Source: a virus
IMG/VR virus record: IMGVR_UViG_3300046777_001511
Coordinates: 4,602 to 68,601 of that record
DNA: 64,000 bases
Direction: 5' to 3' (one strand)
The notes beneath the pieces were generated by a model. The model had not been told where the DNA came from and searched no databases. It worked only from the letters and a program-made list of their open reading frames with translations. Position 1 is the first letter of the stretch, and each line of letters begins with the position of its first letter. Shown piece by piece: positions 16,480-27,323 of this stretch. Position numbers and translations under genes: made by a program.

Positions 16480-19400
16480 TTATTTTTCTTCTTCTTCTGT
16501 TAAATCCTTCATTAGTTTTGCACCGGGAGTTACTCTAGTAAATTTATCAAAAGCTACTAAATCTCCATCGTCATGCTTCTTAGTTTTGCTCTTATATCTT
16601 TCTGCTTTAATTCCACTTTCAAAAGCATCTATAAAGTCATAAAGTAATCCTGTTCCAGCAGCACCTTGTTTAATCATAAACTTAGCCTGCTCAGGATCAA
16701 ATATAAATGTTAAGTTGTTTATTGATTGTGACAGCACATCTCCCTTTTTACGTTTTCTTTCATCATCACCTGCTCCTAATGAAATAGCTAATAAACCACC
16801 CATCATTAATGCTGACCTTAAATTCTTTCTCATGGCAACAGCAGCAGGCTTATCTGACTTCCAAAAATCAGGATCAGTAAAGTCCTTTCTTAATTGTTTG
16901 ATTCCTTGATATTGAACAACCCTCCAGCTTCCGTAATGTTCTTTACCATCTCTATCAATGTATCTGTCTCCAAATCTTTGTTTCCACCAATCAGGAACCC
17001 AAGTCTTAAATTGTCCTAAAAACTTACCAAGCTCCCAATATTCAAAGTTTCTTCTATCCTTAGCAGGATACTTACCATGAACATTTGATGTTCTTGTTTT
17101 GTACGTTTCAATCTTTTCAGCCATTTTAGGATCATTTCCTTTGTAGTTGCCCTGAGAATCAAAATCGTTCCATTCAGGAGTAGAGAATTGTCCTAAGAAC
17201 ATTGCACCCTGAATGTTGTGTTCGGCTAGCACCGTTAATCCCTGAGACAATGTATCGAATATTCCTTTTGCAGATACAGTAGCTTTCTCATCGTAATCAG
17301 TAGAAACTACATTGTACTTTTTAATCATGTTAAAAGCCTTTGTAGAATATTTCATTTCTCCGCCTTTTGTTGGAGTAAATAATCTTAATTGACCTCTAAC
17401 TAATGCCTTTCCTCCTAATTCTCTGAAATTATTTTGCTGACCTGCAATTAAGTTGACTAATGGAGCTTTAATGTTAAATCCTAATCTAATCATTGAAGTC
17501 ATTTGCCTTAATACACGCATCATTACATTTACTTCAGGAGGTAATAAATCATCTCTTCTTTCCTGATAAACGTGCATTTTTTTCCAAGTCTGTATCCACT
17601 TAACCAAATTAGGTTTAATCTTTCTGTCAATACCAGTAGTATTGTTAAAATGCTCTATTGATTCTACTACGGGAACTATTGGCTGCATGTACTTATTCCA
17701 AGTCATATCATCAATGTATTGCACCGCAGCAGCGTAAAAGTTTCTTGAGTAATCAAAATCAACAGGTCTTTTTAATCCAAACTTATTTACCAACTTACCT
17801 CTTTTGTCAAGCATATAATCGGCACGTAAAGCATTTATTTCGTTACCCTCTTCATCAACTCCTGTTTTTAATAAACTTTTAGCTCTCTTGTTGTAATAAA
17901 CAGATTTTGTTGCTGCCGAAGTCTTAGATATTTTACCATCCTTAGCCTCTTTTTGCAACGCTTGTTCTATTTCTCCAAATGTTTTTATAGAAGTTTTTCC
18001 TGACGAATCAGTAAACTTCATTTTAATTTGTCTTAAATTTTCGTTAGATCCTGACCATTGTTGAATTGCAGCTACTATACCGCTTGATTCAAATTGCTCT
18101 ACAAAGTCCTTATCAGTTTTCATTACCTCCAAAGGACTATATCCTGCCGGAGTATCTTTTTGTAAGTCTTTGTAATCTTCTTTTAATTTTAAAGTATATT
18201 CTAGGAATTTACCTTTTGCTTCACTTAAACTTTTTGCTTTTGCAACAGAAATATATTCTCCGTTACCTGCATCCATCCATGCAAAGAATTTATGAGCATT
18301 ACCAATAGTGAAATCTTTTGCTTTAACTCCTATGTTTTTAGCTTCCTCATCAATAACAACCTTTGCTAACTCCTGTAACTTTTTCTTTTTCTCGTTACGT
18401 TCCGTCTGCATATCATTAGCCTGCTTGTCATATAGCTTGCTCATTGACTGAACTTCCGGGAAAGCTTCGCTCATGTGAGGTAATGCCTTCATAATAACGT
18501 CTTTATTCTTTAAGTCCTCAAATTTAGCTCTTGACATATCAGCTCCAACTTTTTCTAATTCCTTAGTTTGTTGTTGTGATAATAAATAAGCTATTCTGTA
18601 CTTAACTTCGCCTAAGAATGCGTTATCGGAATTAGGATCATATTCTTTTGTTAAGTTAAATATATCCAATAATTCATCTAAACTCTTGTTATCTAAATTG
18701 CCTTCAGATATTCTTAATCTATTTATTTTATTGTAATCAAAAGAATATTTCTTAAATGCTTTCTCAAAATCTTCGTATCTTGATTTAGCTATATCATACT
18801 TTTTCTGTATATCTTTTCTTTCGGCTAATGTTAGCTTACCTCTTAGCATGTTTTCCAATCGTGCAATCTCATTCTCAAAAGTGCTTAACTGCATACCTAC
18901 TCTTCCATAAGCCTTACTAAAAAATTCTTCTCTAGTTAACTTAGGAGTTTTTCTGTCTGCTTTTTGCTCGTATGTTTCTTCTTCTAATTCAGCCACTTCA
19001 AATTTACCAGCCAATACTTGTTTAGCTAGTTCTTTTGCTAGGTTCTTTTGAATGCCAAATAAACTTTTAATCTTATCAAAGATGTAATCTAAAAATTGCT
19101 TAAACTTACTAGCTTGTTCCTTTGATTCAAATACATCAGCACCCTCTCTACCAATGGCTTCTGCTAATACTTCTTTGCCCAAATTCTTTTCGTTCAAATT
19201 AGGGTACCTTTTTTTAGTATCACTCCAAAGTTTAGTATCTTTTAATTGATTAATAGCAGCCTGTATTACTTTATTATCGTATCCAATAGCATCAATGAAT
19301 ATATGACCTACCTCGTGAATAGGGGTATCTAATCCAGCGTAATTAGGATTAATCTTAACTACCACTTTTCCGTCTTTGTCTTTCATTACAACCCCTGCAA

Positions 19401-19674
19401 GCGGAAGCCCTTCATTGTCAACAATAGTTTCATCCTCCTCTATTATTAAATTAGGATTTGCTTTTTTAAGAGCATCGACTACTTTGTTAATCTTTTCACG
19501 AACTTGCTCTTTACGATTTACAGCTTCTTTCAGGAATGTTTTATCTCCTTTAAGTTCATTTTTATCAACAGACTTATCAGCTACAAATTTCTGCAACAAG
19601 CCATCATGCAACATTGTTGCGAATGAAGCGAAGTCATACTCTTTGCCATTATATACAATAATACAATCAGCCAT
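16480..19674 (-). CDS. Large ejection/internal virion protein with N-terminal zincin (MPTase-like) domain
   Basis: DTPIHEVGH...EVLAEAIG HExxH-E motif; helical body; position in the late module. Confidence 0.65.
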   Translation of the reverse strand: MADCIIVYNGKEYDFASFATMLHDGLLQKFVADKSVDKNELKGDKTFLKEAVNRKEQVREKINKVVDALKKANPNLIIEEDETIVDNEGLPLAGVVMKDKDGKVVVKINPNYAGLDTPIHEVGHIFIDAIGYDNKVIQAAINQLKDTKLWSDTKKRYPNLNEKNLGKEVLAEAIGREGADVFESKEQASKFKQFLDYIFDKIKSLFGIQKNLAKELAKQVLAGKFEVAELEEETYEQKADRKTPKLTREEFFSKAYGRVGMQLSTFENEIARLENMLRGKLTLAERKDIQKKYDIAKSRYEDFEKAFKKYSFDYNKINRLRISEGNLDNKSLDELLDIFNLTKEYDPNSDNAFLGEVKYRIAYLLSQQQTKELEKVGADMSRAKFEDLKNKDVIMKALPHMSEAFPEVQSMSKLYDKQANDMQTERNEKKKKLQELAKVVIDEEAKNIGVKAKDFTIGNAHKFFAWMDAGNGEYISVAKAKSLSEAKGKFLEYTLKLKEDYKDLQKDTPAGYSPLEVMKTDKDFVEQFESSGIVAAIQQWSGSNENLRQIKMKFTDSSGKTSIKTFGEIEQALQKEAKDGKISKTSAATKSVYYNKRAKSLLKTGVDEEGNEINALRADYMLDKRGKLVNKFGLKRPVDFDYSRNFYAAAVQYIDDMTWNKYMQPIVPVVESIEHFNNTTGIDRKIKPNLVKWIQTWKKMHVYQERRDDLLPPEVNVMMRVLRQMTSMIRLGFNIKAPLVNLIAGQQNNFRELGGKALVRGQLRLFTPTKGGEMKYSTKAFNMIKKYNVVSTDYDEKATVSAKGIFDTLSQGLTVLAEHNIQGAMFLGQFSTPEWNDFDSQGNYKGNDPKMAEKIETYKTRTSNVHGKYPAKDRRNFEYWELGKFLGQFKTWVPDWWKQRFGDRYIDRDGKEHYGSWRVVQYQGIKQLRKDFTDPDFWKSDKPAAVAMRKNLRSALMMGGLLAISLGAGDDERKRKKGDVLSQSINNLTFIFDPEQAKFMIKQGAAGTGLLYDFIDAFESGIKAERYKSKTKKHDDGDLVAFDKFTRVTPGAKLMKDLTEEEEK

Positions 19675-20198
19675 TATTCTCCGAATAAGTTTTCTTCAAG
19701 CATTAATAATTCAAATTTACTAGACGTATCTGTTCCTTCTAACATGTTTAACATATCAGAGTATTCTGCAACAGCAGCAGTTTGTTCGCCTCTAAAGAAT
19801 TGTAAAAAATCAAAAGTACAAACATCACCTTCTTTAAAGATTTTCATTGACGTATCTTCATAATCTTCATATAAAGCATACTCAATGTTATAAGACATTT
19901 CAATACCCTCTAATAATCCCTTGAACTCAATTTTAGGCTCATCAATAGCTGGCAATTGTGGATTAACATTCCAGTCAACTAAATATTTTTCAATCTTTTT
20001 AGCATGACTTAATTCGTTATCAGATTCAGCCTGAAAGAACTTTGCTGCCTTTACGAATCCTACGCCTTGACAATAGTTAGATAGTGCCCTATAATGATAA
20101 TAAGCAGTAAATTCGTCCTTTAATCTTGGCATCAATAAGTCCACAATTTCTTGTGGTAATTGTTTAGGTTTTTTCATGTTTATGTTATTTACGGACAA
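19674..20198 (-). CDS. Ferritin-like protein
   Basis: E..A...Y, FF..E..NE..HA, EY, TFDFLQFF..EQ, matching the non-haem ferritin pattern. Confidence 0.88.
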   Translation of the reverse strand: MSVNNINMKKPKQLPQEIVDLLMPRLKDEFTAYYHYRALSNYCQGVGFVKAAKFFQAESDNELSHAKKIEKYLVDWNVNPQLPAIDEPKIEFKGLLEGIEMSYNIEYALYEDYEDTSMKIFKEGDVCTFDFLQFFRGEQTAAVAEYSDMLNMLEGTDTSSKFELLMLEENLFGE

Positions 20199-23100
20199 TT
20201 GCCCTTACGTTTAATAATTCCTTTTTTCTCTAATTGTTCAAAGATAGAACTTATATTGTTATCTATAAACTTCACAGACGGATTTTCTTTTAACAAGTCT
20301 TTACGTTCTTGTGTTAAATTTCTTTTTTTAGAAGCTCCCTCTGTTCCGCGTATTTTATAAAATAATTTTACGGCTTCGTCAAAGATTGATTTGACTGATT
20401 TGGCTTTTTGGAACGGGTATTCCTCATCACCTTCTTCGCGAACAATATCTTTGCCTTCTTCAATTTCGTATTCTTTTTCGCCAGCAGCCTCTTCTATTTC
20501 TTGTTCCAAAATAGCAGCCTTAGCCATTTCGGATTCACTAATCATTTCCTCTGTAACAGGAAACTCTTCGTAAATTTCTTTGAAAGCTTTTGCATCTTCT
20601 TCTAAAAATTGGCCTTCGTCAACTTCTTTTAATGATTCTAAAAATAAATCTAATGGAATAAAGTTAGATTTTTTACCAGCATACTCTGCCTCTATATATC
20701 CCTCACTTACAATTGTTTCCAATTGTTTTAAAAGTGCATTTGCGCCATTTGAAGGAATGTTTTGAGCTACATCGTTTATTGATGCGGACAATTGCTTATT
20801 AGACATTCTTTTTCCATCAGCACCCATTATCTTAGGCCAAACCCATAATCCAGCATTATTAAGTTTATCAAATAAGTCAATAACAATTTTATCTCTTTGC
20901 TCTAACGGAATGTAGTCTTTTGCTTTACCTCTATTCCTGTATTCGTAACTAACAAATCTATAAGGCTTGTTTCTTTGGTTTACTATTTTAATTCCATTTC
21001 CTGTATCGCGAACCCTTACATTTTCATTGTTTAATTCGTTTACAGCTTGATTAATCCTCATTTTAAGCATTTGCCCTTCAGGCTTTCCTTTTCCTAGCCT
21101 TCCTTTTTTTAGCGAATTATATTCACTAACCATACTCAATATGCTGTTTATGGACTTTTGAAGTTCTGTAGCTTCTTTGAATTTTACTTCTTTTGGTTTT
21201 TTTTCTGCTTTTTTCTTAACAGGCTTTTCTTTAACTTCTTTTGGTTTAACTTCAGCAGGTTTAGCCTCAGCAACTTTTTCCTGAACTTGCTCCGCAGATG
21301 TTTTGCCTGTAGGTTTTAAAATTTGTTTACGCTTAAAGTCAACTCTCTTAGACCTTACAGCGTGCTCTATTCGTATAGGTTGTCCTTTTTTAGCAACTTC
21401 ATAATCTACATTAAAAGGAATTACACCTACTTTGCCAACTTCTATTCCGTATTTATTGTTTAAAATATCAGCTAATATATTTACTTGAGCAGATATTCTT
21501 TCGGCGTTTGTTGGTTTATTTTCGTATCTTTTATTTAGCAATTCTTTTGTTTCTACTCCACTTGTATTTCTTAAAGTTGCTACATCATAAACATAAAATT
21601 TACCGTTTTCATCAACCATTATAAGATTAGGTTGTCCAGCAATTTTATTTACATCGTCAGCAATAATCAAAGGTTTAGTAATAATAGAATACCCTTTTTC
21701 TTTTGCGTATTGATTTACCTTTTGTAATTGCCTAATAATATCATTATAATCATCGCGAGATATGTTTTCTGCATAATTAGAATAAGCCTTTATAGTGCCA
21801 TTAAAAAAATCTTTTACTATTCCATTGATAATGTTACCTACGCCAAAAGCAGTTCTTTTTAAATTTTCTCTATTTTTTCCAAAATCGCCGCCAGACCTGC
21901 CGCTTACAAATGTGCTTACAGACGTATATCTTTCGCCTGTTTTTTTGTTTACATATCCTCTACCTAATTCATCTTCTACTAATTCGTAATCAGATTGGTT
22001 TTTTTCTATTTGTTGTAATTTTTCTTTAGCAACATCAGATAACTCAACAGGAACATCTACATCAATATCTTCTGTTTCAGATATTTTTTCTACAGCAATA
22101 GTTCCTTGTGCTTTGCCTGCACGTCTAATATATCCTAAAGGAATACCTTCCTGAGTTTCAACTATAACGCCACGCCCTACATTCTTTCCCTTACTGTCTT
22201 TAACATTTTCTACTGCTCTAACGTTAACATCAACATCTCCTGATGGCAAATCTTCTTTGTTTAATAAACTTTGAGAAGCAAAAGGAACGTCTACTCCGTT
22301 AATAGTAACTCCAACAGTATTATTGGATAGTACCTTTAATTTAGCTTTATTTACTCCGCTTTTTACAGTTTCGTATGTTTGTTTAAATAGCTCGGATTCA
22401 ACAATTTCTTTTTCTTCAGGAATTTCTTCATCTTCTTCTACTTCTTCTTCAAATTCAGCTTCAGGAACTAAACCTAATCCTTTTATTTCATCGGAAAGAG
22501 TAGCCGCCTCTATACCTAACTCATTAAACGCTTGAACTATATTGTCAAAATTTAATTCATTCTTTTTAGCTGTTTCATATTTAAACTCTTGGTGGCCTTC
22601 GTAACCTCCTTCTTCGTTTAATTTAATTAAATAGGAAACATCGGGAGCGCCTGTATCAGTTTTTTCACCGGTAGCAAATAACCATGTTCCACCATCTTTA
22701 TCTTGCATAGCATAAACAGGCAATTCTCTTGTTTCAGTCTTATCTTCTTCACCTTCTTTTTTTACCGTATAAGGCTCATATAAAACTCCTTTTCTAATTT
22801 GTATTCCAGATCCTTCGGGTAAATGAGGGGCTTTAAAGTCAATACTAAACGATTCGGTCACTCTATTCAATTCGGGAGTTACTCCAATAGATGAATTTAT
22901 TTGTTCTCTTGTGGTTAAATTTTTAGAATCTAATTTATCTGCATTTCCAGTATTTTTTCTAAATGTTTCTAATTTTGTTTTCCATATAGGAACTTCCACC
23001 TTAGCTTCTTCAACAGGACTTGTTGATGTTCTAGCTTCGGCGTTAGACCAAATATCTTTTATTTGTTGATTATAATCACTTAACTCTTGCTCTTTTGTAG

Positions 23101-24877
23101 CAATTAATTGATCTTGTATTCCGCCGGGATTGTTTTGTTTTAAATTTTCAATTCCAGATTTTATATTTTCTTTTTCGTATGTTAAATCGAATATCTTTCT
23201 TCTTTCTTCATCAGTAACAGGTCTATCCTTAGTAGCTTCGTAATATTCTTTATAAGAATTAATTTTAAATATAGCTCTATCGTAATCGTCTTTTGTTAAT
23301 CTGCCTTCTTTTAAACCTGAAGTTAATTGAACTTTTAATTCATTTTCTTTTCCGTCCTTAATAGCATCGTAAGCAGTTTGAGATTGTTTGTTTTTTATAA
23401 ACAACGAACCTCCCATACCCCCTATAAGTCCGCCTGCCGCAGAATTTATATATTCTGCTAATGCTTCAGGCGACCAAAACTTAGTGTTATACTTTGCTGA
23501 TTCAGGATCATCTTTCATCACTATATCGTGAATTTCTTGAGCTCCGTTTTGAATCATGTTTTGCGCAACCTCTTCGGTCACTTCACCAATAGTATTTTTA
23601 GCGTACTTAGCGTAGAAACTTGGAATTTCTTTTAAAGTTTCTTTGTAAAGATTTTCTACTGATTCTTTTGTTAATTTACCGCCAACAACTTCTACATTGT
23701 CTTTAATGATTTTATTAATCATTTCTTTTTTAGCAGTTGTAGCCGCATCGTCAAATATCTTACCTTCAATACCTATTAGAGTTTCTATTGCGCTTGCCGC
23801 TAAAGCGTAAGTTGCCGCAACAGCATATTTGCCTCTACCTTCTACTCCTGCATCTTCGGCAGCCTGTAAAGGCTCTTTAATATTCATAGCAATCCCTGCC
23901 GCAAACGTACCCGCTTTTCCTTTTAACGGTATCATTTTTCTAGTTAAAGCAAATTCTCCTAATGAAGACGCTACATTTACAACGGTATTTAAAATTTTAT
24001 CACCTGACAAATCATAAACGTCCTTAGATAAAAAATCTGAAAACTCATCTATTTTTTCAGTATCTAAAATTCCTTTTTGATATTCTTGTGTAGTTTTAAA
24101 TTTACCTTCTTCTAAAGCGCTTTTTAATAATTTATAAGTCCCTCCAGTTTTACCTGTAACTAAACCTTGAACTGTTTCGGGAATTGAAATAAACCCTTGC
24201 GCTACGGAAGGAATTATATTGTATGCCTTCTTAGCAATGTCAGCAAATCTGCTATCACCAATAGCATCATCGTCTAAACTTGAAAATACTTGAGCGCTTT
24301 TAACGTCTTTTGCTTCTGGCTTCTCATTTATAGCCAAAGGAAAGGCAATAAGTGTTCCGTCACCCTTGTCTTTCATGTAATAACTATTTTTGCCTGATGC
24401 TTGTATTTTTGAAGTTAAATCAGAAACTAATTTATCATAATTAAAATCTTTTTTTTGCTCTTCAAATATGTCAAACATATCTTTCTCGTCTGCATATATT
24501 TTATTTCCTTTTGCGTCTTTAGTTAATATTTTTTTTTGTTCAGGCATTAAGCCTGCCATAGTAAATAAAGTTTGTGAGAAATCTGCGCCTTTTAATTCTC
24601 CTTTAATATTTTTGTCTATTAAATATTTTTTTTCTTGCTCGTTTAATCCTTCGTACTGATCTAATTCTTTTCTTAAATTTTCTGCATTTTGAATTGATTG
24701 CCTACTTATATCTTCTAATTCTTTATAGGAAGGCGTTTCAATTTTTTCAGGTTTTGATCCGCCAATTACACCTAACCTAATATCCCTTGCTATTGGATTC
24801 TCTTCTTCTTCATTCTCTTCTTTTGGGGTTACGCCATACCGTAAAGCTATTGGATTTAATGTTTCTTTTTTTGCCAT
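20189..24877 (-). CDS. Large ejection/internal virion protein (1562 aa) with degenerate PD-(D/E)xK domain
   Basis: Ala/Gly-rich membrane-like segment, GEVTEEVAQ motif, nuclease-like segment at about 21400-21990. Confidence 0.6.
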   Translation of the reverse strand: MAKKETLNPIALRYGVTPKEENEEEENPIARDIRLGVIGGSKPEKIETPSYKELEDISRQSIQNAENLRKELDQYEGLNEQEKKYLIDKNIKGELKGADFSQTLFTMAGLMPEQKKILTKDAKGNKIYADEKDMFDIFEEQKKDFNYDKLVSDLTSKIQASGKNSYYMKDKGDGTLIAFPLAINEKPEAKDVKSAQVFSSLDDDAIGDSRFADIAKKAYNIIPSVAQGFISIPETVQGLVTGKTGGTYKLLKSALEEGKFKTTQEYQKGILDTEKIDEFSDFLSKDVYDLSGDKILNTVVNVASSLGEFALTRKMIPLKGKAGTFAAGIAMNIKEPLQAAEDAGVEGRGKYAVAATYALAASAIETLIGIEGKIFDDAATTAKKEMINKIIKDNVEVVGGKLTKESVENLYKETLKEIPSFYAKYAKNTIGEVTEEVAQNMIQNGAQEIHDIVMKDDPESAKYNTKFWSPEALAEYINSAAGGLIGGMGGSLFIKNKQSQTAYDAIKDGKENELKVQLTSGLKEGRLTKDDYDRAIFKINSYKEYYEATKDRPVTDEERRKIFDLTYEKENIKSGIENLKQNNPGGIQDQLIATKEQELSDYNQQIKDIWSNAEARTSTSPVEEAKVEVPIWKTKLETFRKNTGNADKLDSKNLTTREQINSSIGVTPELNRVTESFSIDFKAPHLPEGSGIQIRKGVLYEPYTVKKEGEEDKTETRELPVYAMQDKDGGTWLFATGEKTDTGAPDVSYLIKLNEEGGYEGHQEFKYETAKKNELNFDNIVQAFNELGIEAATLSDEIKGLGLVPEAEFEEEVEEDEEIPEEKEIVESELFKQTYETVKSGVNKAKLKVLSNNTVGVTINGVDVPFASQSLLNKEDLPSGDVDVNVRAVENVKDSKGKNVGRGVIVETQEGIPLGYIRRAGKAQGTIAVEKISETEDIDVDVPVELSDVAKEKLQQIEKNQSDYELVEDELGRGYVNKKTGERYTSVSTFVSGRSGGDFGKNRENLKRTAFGVGNIINGIVKDFFNGTIKAYSNYAENISRDDYNDIIRQLQKVNQYAKEKGYSIITKPLIIADDVNKIAGQPNLIMVDENGKFYVYDVATLRNTSGVETKELLNKRYENKPTNAERISAQVNILADILNNKYGIEVGKVGVIPFNVDYEVAKKGQPIRIEHAVRSKRVDFKRKQILKPTGKTSAEQVQEKVAEAKPAEVKPKEVKEKPVKKKAEKKPKEVKFKEATELQKSINSILSMVSEYNSLKKGRLGKGKPEGQMLKMRINQAVNELNNENVRVRDTGNGIKIVNQRNKPYRFVSYEYRNRGKAKDYIPLEQRDKIVIDLFDKLNNAGLWVWPKIMGADGKRMSNKQLSASINDVAQNIPSNGANALLKQLETIVSEGYIEAEYAGKKSNFIPLDLFLESLKEVDEGQFLEEDAKAFKEIYEEFPVTEEMISESEMAKAAILEQEIEEAAGEKEYEIEEGKDIVREEGDEEYPFQKAKSVKSIFDEAVKLFYKIRGTEGASKKRNLTQERKDLLKENPSVKFIDNNISSIFEQLEKKGIIKRKGNCP

Positions 24878-24879
24878 AA

Positions 24880-26352
24880 TTAATCTTCGGTTACAGTAGC
24901 ATTATAATTATTTTTAAAATCATCTATTTGCGCATCAGTGTATCCTTTAGATTTTAATTGACTTCTACTATACACTTGTGTCGGCTGATCCGTATTAGAT
25001 TTTTCTAACGTCTGTCCGGCTCCATGATTATAAGCAGCAGCAGAAGATACGCCCGCACTGCCTGTTTGAATAGGGAAATAAACTTTAAAGTTTACATCTT
25101 TTCCTTGAAGTGATATTTGATCTTTATATTCTGGATCTATATTAGTATCATCTAACCAAAACCAATGAACAAATGGAGTATCAACAGGTTTTATCGTTTT
25201 AAACGCATCTTCAGCGGCATCTTCGTTTAATGAAACATCCGCTGACATATAATGTTGTTTTGTTTTAGGATCATAAATAACTTCAGATTTATTTGTTCTA
25301 AAATTAGAAGTAATTAAATTATTCATCGGAACGTATGTTCCTTCAGGAGTTTTAAAAAATCCGCCACCTAAATCAACAGATGGATCATCTCCGGCAATTA
25401 AAGCCCTAGCTCCTTTTGGATTTGCAGCAATTGGCCTTCCCGGATTTAAAGTCGAAACATCAACTATATTGGTATATAATCCTAAATCGTTTGCTGTTCT
25501 TGAACCATCGCTGTCACGAGGCTCTCTATCTTCTTTAACTTGATAATGAGTATCGTTATATTTTGAAGCAGGGAACCAATCTTTCATTTTATCATAAACA
25601 TACCTGTCTATCGGTAATGGTTTTTGACCTTCAGGAACCTCGTTGCTTAAATACTTATTATATTCTTGCTGCAAAGTTCTGCTTAATTTTTGATCCGTAA
25701 GAGCAAATTGAGCTCTTCTTAATTTAGCTGCATCAGATACATATTGTTTTCTTGTTCTAACTCCACGCATATAAGAATCAGATTCAGCATCATATTCAGT
25801 AGCTTGAGCTATTTTTGCTAGTTCACCCCATGTATCAACTCTTTCTTCAGGAGGTTGGAATGTAAATAATTTTCTGTTAGCAGTAACCCCATCAGCGCTT
25901 CCTGTTTTAATGTAGTTTTGATATTCCTGCATCTTTTGTTGAAATTCAGGGGTATCTAACATAGGAGCGTTCTTAGGATCGTTCTTATAAGCATCCATTG
26001 CCTTAATATTAGAATCAACTTGCAATCCTTCCAATAAAGGCTTACTATCTTTTAATTCTCTTTTAAGGTTATTATAAGCAATTCTTTTTTCTACATTGTA
26101 TAAATAATCAGGATTCTCTCTTACGAAAGCTCCTAGTTCTTTTATTTTACCTTGAGCGTAATCTTTTATAGCAGTATTATCCCACGCGTTTATAGCATTG
26201 TTATAATCGAAATCTTCGGCCAACATCTTAGCCTTATTTTCAGCATAAATCTTAGCTTGGCGCATTTGATCCTGCTGCCTTGCTAAATCGGCTACTCTTT
26301 GGTCGAAACCAAATGATTGCGCTAAACCTCTCCGTACTCCAAACTCTGCCAT
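24880..26352 (-). CDS. Putative internal virion/ejection protein
   Basis: Size and position between the tail and ejection genes. Confidence 0.5.
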   Translation of the reverse strand: MAEFGVRRGLAQSFGFDQRVADLARQQDQMRQAKIYAENKAKMLAEDFDYNNAINAWDNTAIKDYAQGKIKELGAFVRENPDYLYNVEKRIAYNNLKRELKDSKPLLEGLQVDSNIKAMDAYKNDPKNAPMLDTPEFQQKMQEYQNYIKTGSADGVTANRKLFTFQPPEERVDTWGELAKIAQATEYDAESDSYMRGVRTRKQYVSDAAKLRRAQFALTDQKLSRTLQQEYNKYLSNEVPEGQKPLPIDRYVYDKMKDWFPASKYNDTHYQVKEDREPRDSDGSRTANDLGLYTNIVDVSTLNPGRPIAANPKGARALIAGDDPSVDLGGGFFKTPEGTYVPMNNLITSNFRTNKSEVIYDPKTKQHYMSADVSLNEDAAEDAFKTIKPVDTPFVHWFWLDDTNIDPEYKDQISLQGKDVNFKVYFPIQTGSAGVSSAAAYNHGAGQTLEKSNTDQPTQVYSRSQLKSKGYTDAQIDDFKNNYNATVTED

Positions 26353-26356
26353 ACTA

Positions 26357-27304
26357 TTATCCTAAATTTGTATTTCCGTACATCATTTTATTAATCTGAT
26401 CCTGAGCCATTCTTTCTTGTTTGTATCTTTGTGCTCCTACTAAGTTTTGAATGCCTGCCCCTAACAATTCTGCACCAGCTTGTTGTTTTTGCATAAACTC
26501 ATTCATTTTATCTTGGAACAATTGTCTGCCCATTTGAGCCCTTACTCCTGCTGGTTGAAGAGCGGCTTGAACTTTTTGCATTCTCATTTGCTCATCTTTT
26601 GCAGCAAGTTCCATTCTGTTTCTTACTTCTTCATTTAAGGCTGCTCTCGCGCTAGTCAATCCAACAGCAGCATTTCCACCTGCTAATTGATTTATTCTTG
26701 CTTGTTGAGCCTGTCTTGTTCTAATTATATCTTGTTCTAATAAAGCTCTTTGAGTTGGACTATATCCGTATTTAGAAGCAGCAATAGCTTCATCTGTTAA
26801 TGCGCTATAAGCAGGATCTATTTCTCCAACAGGACGCTTATCTTTTAGTAATTGTTGTAAACCATAACCCGCTTGTAAGCCTGCTAATCCTGTTTCTAAT
26901 GCAGCAGAATAATTACTTGTTTTTTTAGCGTTAGATTCTTGTAATTTTCTTTTTGCATCAGCACCTATTTCGGCAACCTTACCGATACTTGTGGATTGCT
27001 TAGGCTCTAAAGATTCATTATTTGATGGAGATGGCATACTAGGTAATGCAACACTTCTTGGCTGCATTCTTTCTTCTTGCATCATTCCGTATCTAGGATT
27101 AACCTTTTCAGCAATTCCTCCTTTTTTGGTTGTTGGAGTTGCAGTAACAGTTGTTTTAGTTGATTCTGGAGTAGTTACCTGCATAGCCTTCCATTCAGCT
27201 ACTTCTTTAGCACTAGGTCTTTGAGTTGTTTTTACATAAGTCTTTCCGCCATCTTTGCTTACCTCAAAATACCCATCCTTTGTTATTCTTCTTTTCTCTT
27301 TCAT
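26357..27304 (-). CDS. Putative pilot/ejection protein
   Basis: A/Q-rich helical protein with Gly-rich amphipathic segments. Confidence 0.5.
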   Translation of the reverse strand: MKEKRRITKDGYFEVSKDGGKTYVKTTQRPSAKEVAEWKAMQVTTPESTKTTVTATPTTKKGGIAEKVNPRYGMMQEERMQPRSVALPSMPSPSNNESLEPKQSTSIGKVAEIGADAKRKLQESNAKKTSNYSAALETGLAGLQAGYGLQQLLKDKRPVGEIDPAYSALTDEAIAASKYGYSPTQRALLEQDIIRTRQAQQARINQLAGGNAAVGLTSARAALNEEVRNRMELAAKDEQMRMQKVQAALQPAGVRAQMGRQLFQDKMNEFMQKQQAGAELLGAGIQNLVGAQRYKQERMAQDQINKMMYGNTNLG

Positions 27305-27323
27305 AACATAATTCTTTTATAGA

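Noticed and set aside
16480-24877. Virion RNA polymerase subunits
   Set aside because: No DxDGD/DFDID-type catalytic motif in a plausible context, and the proteins are smaller than known crAss RNAP proteins.
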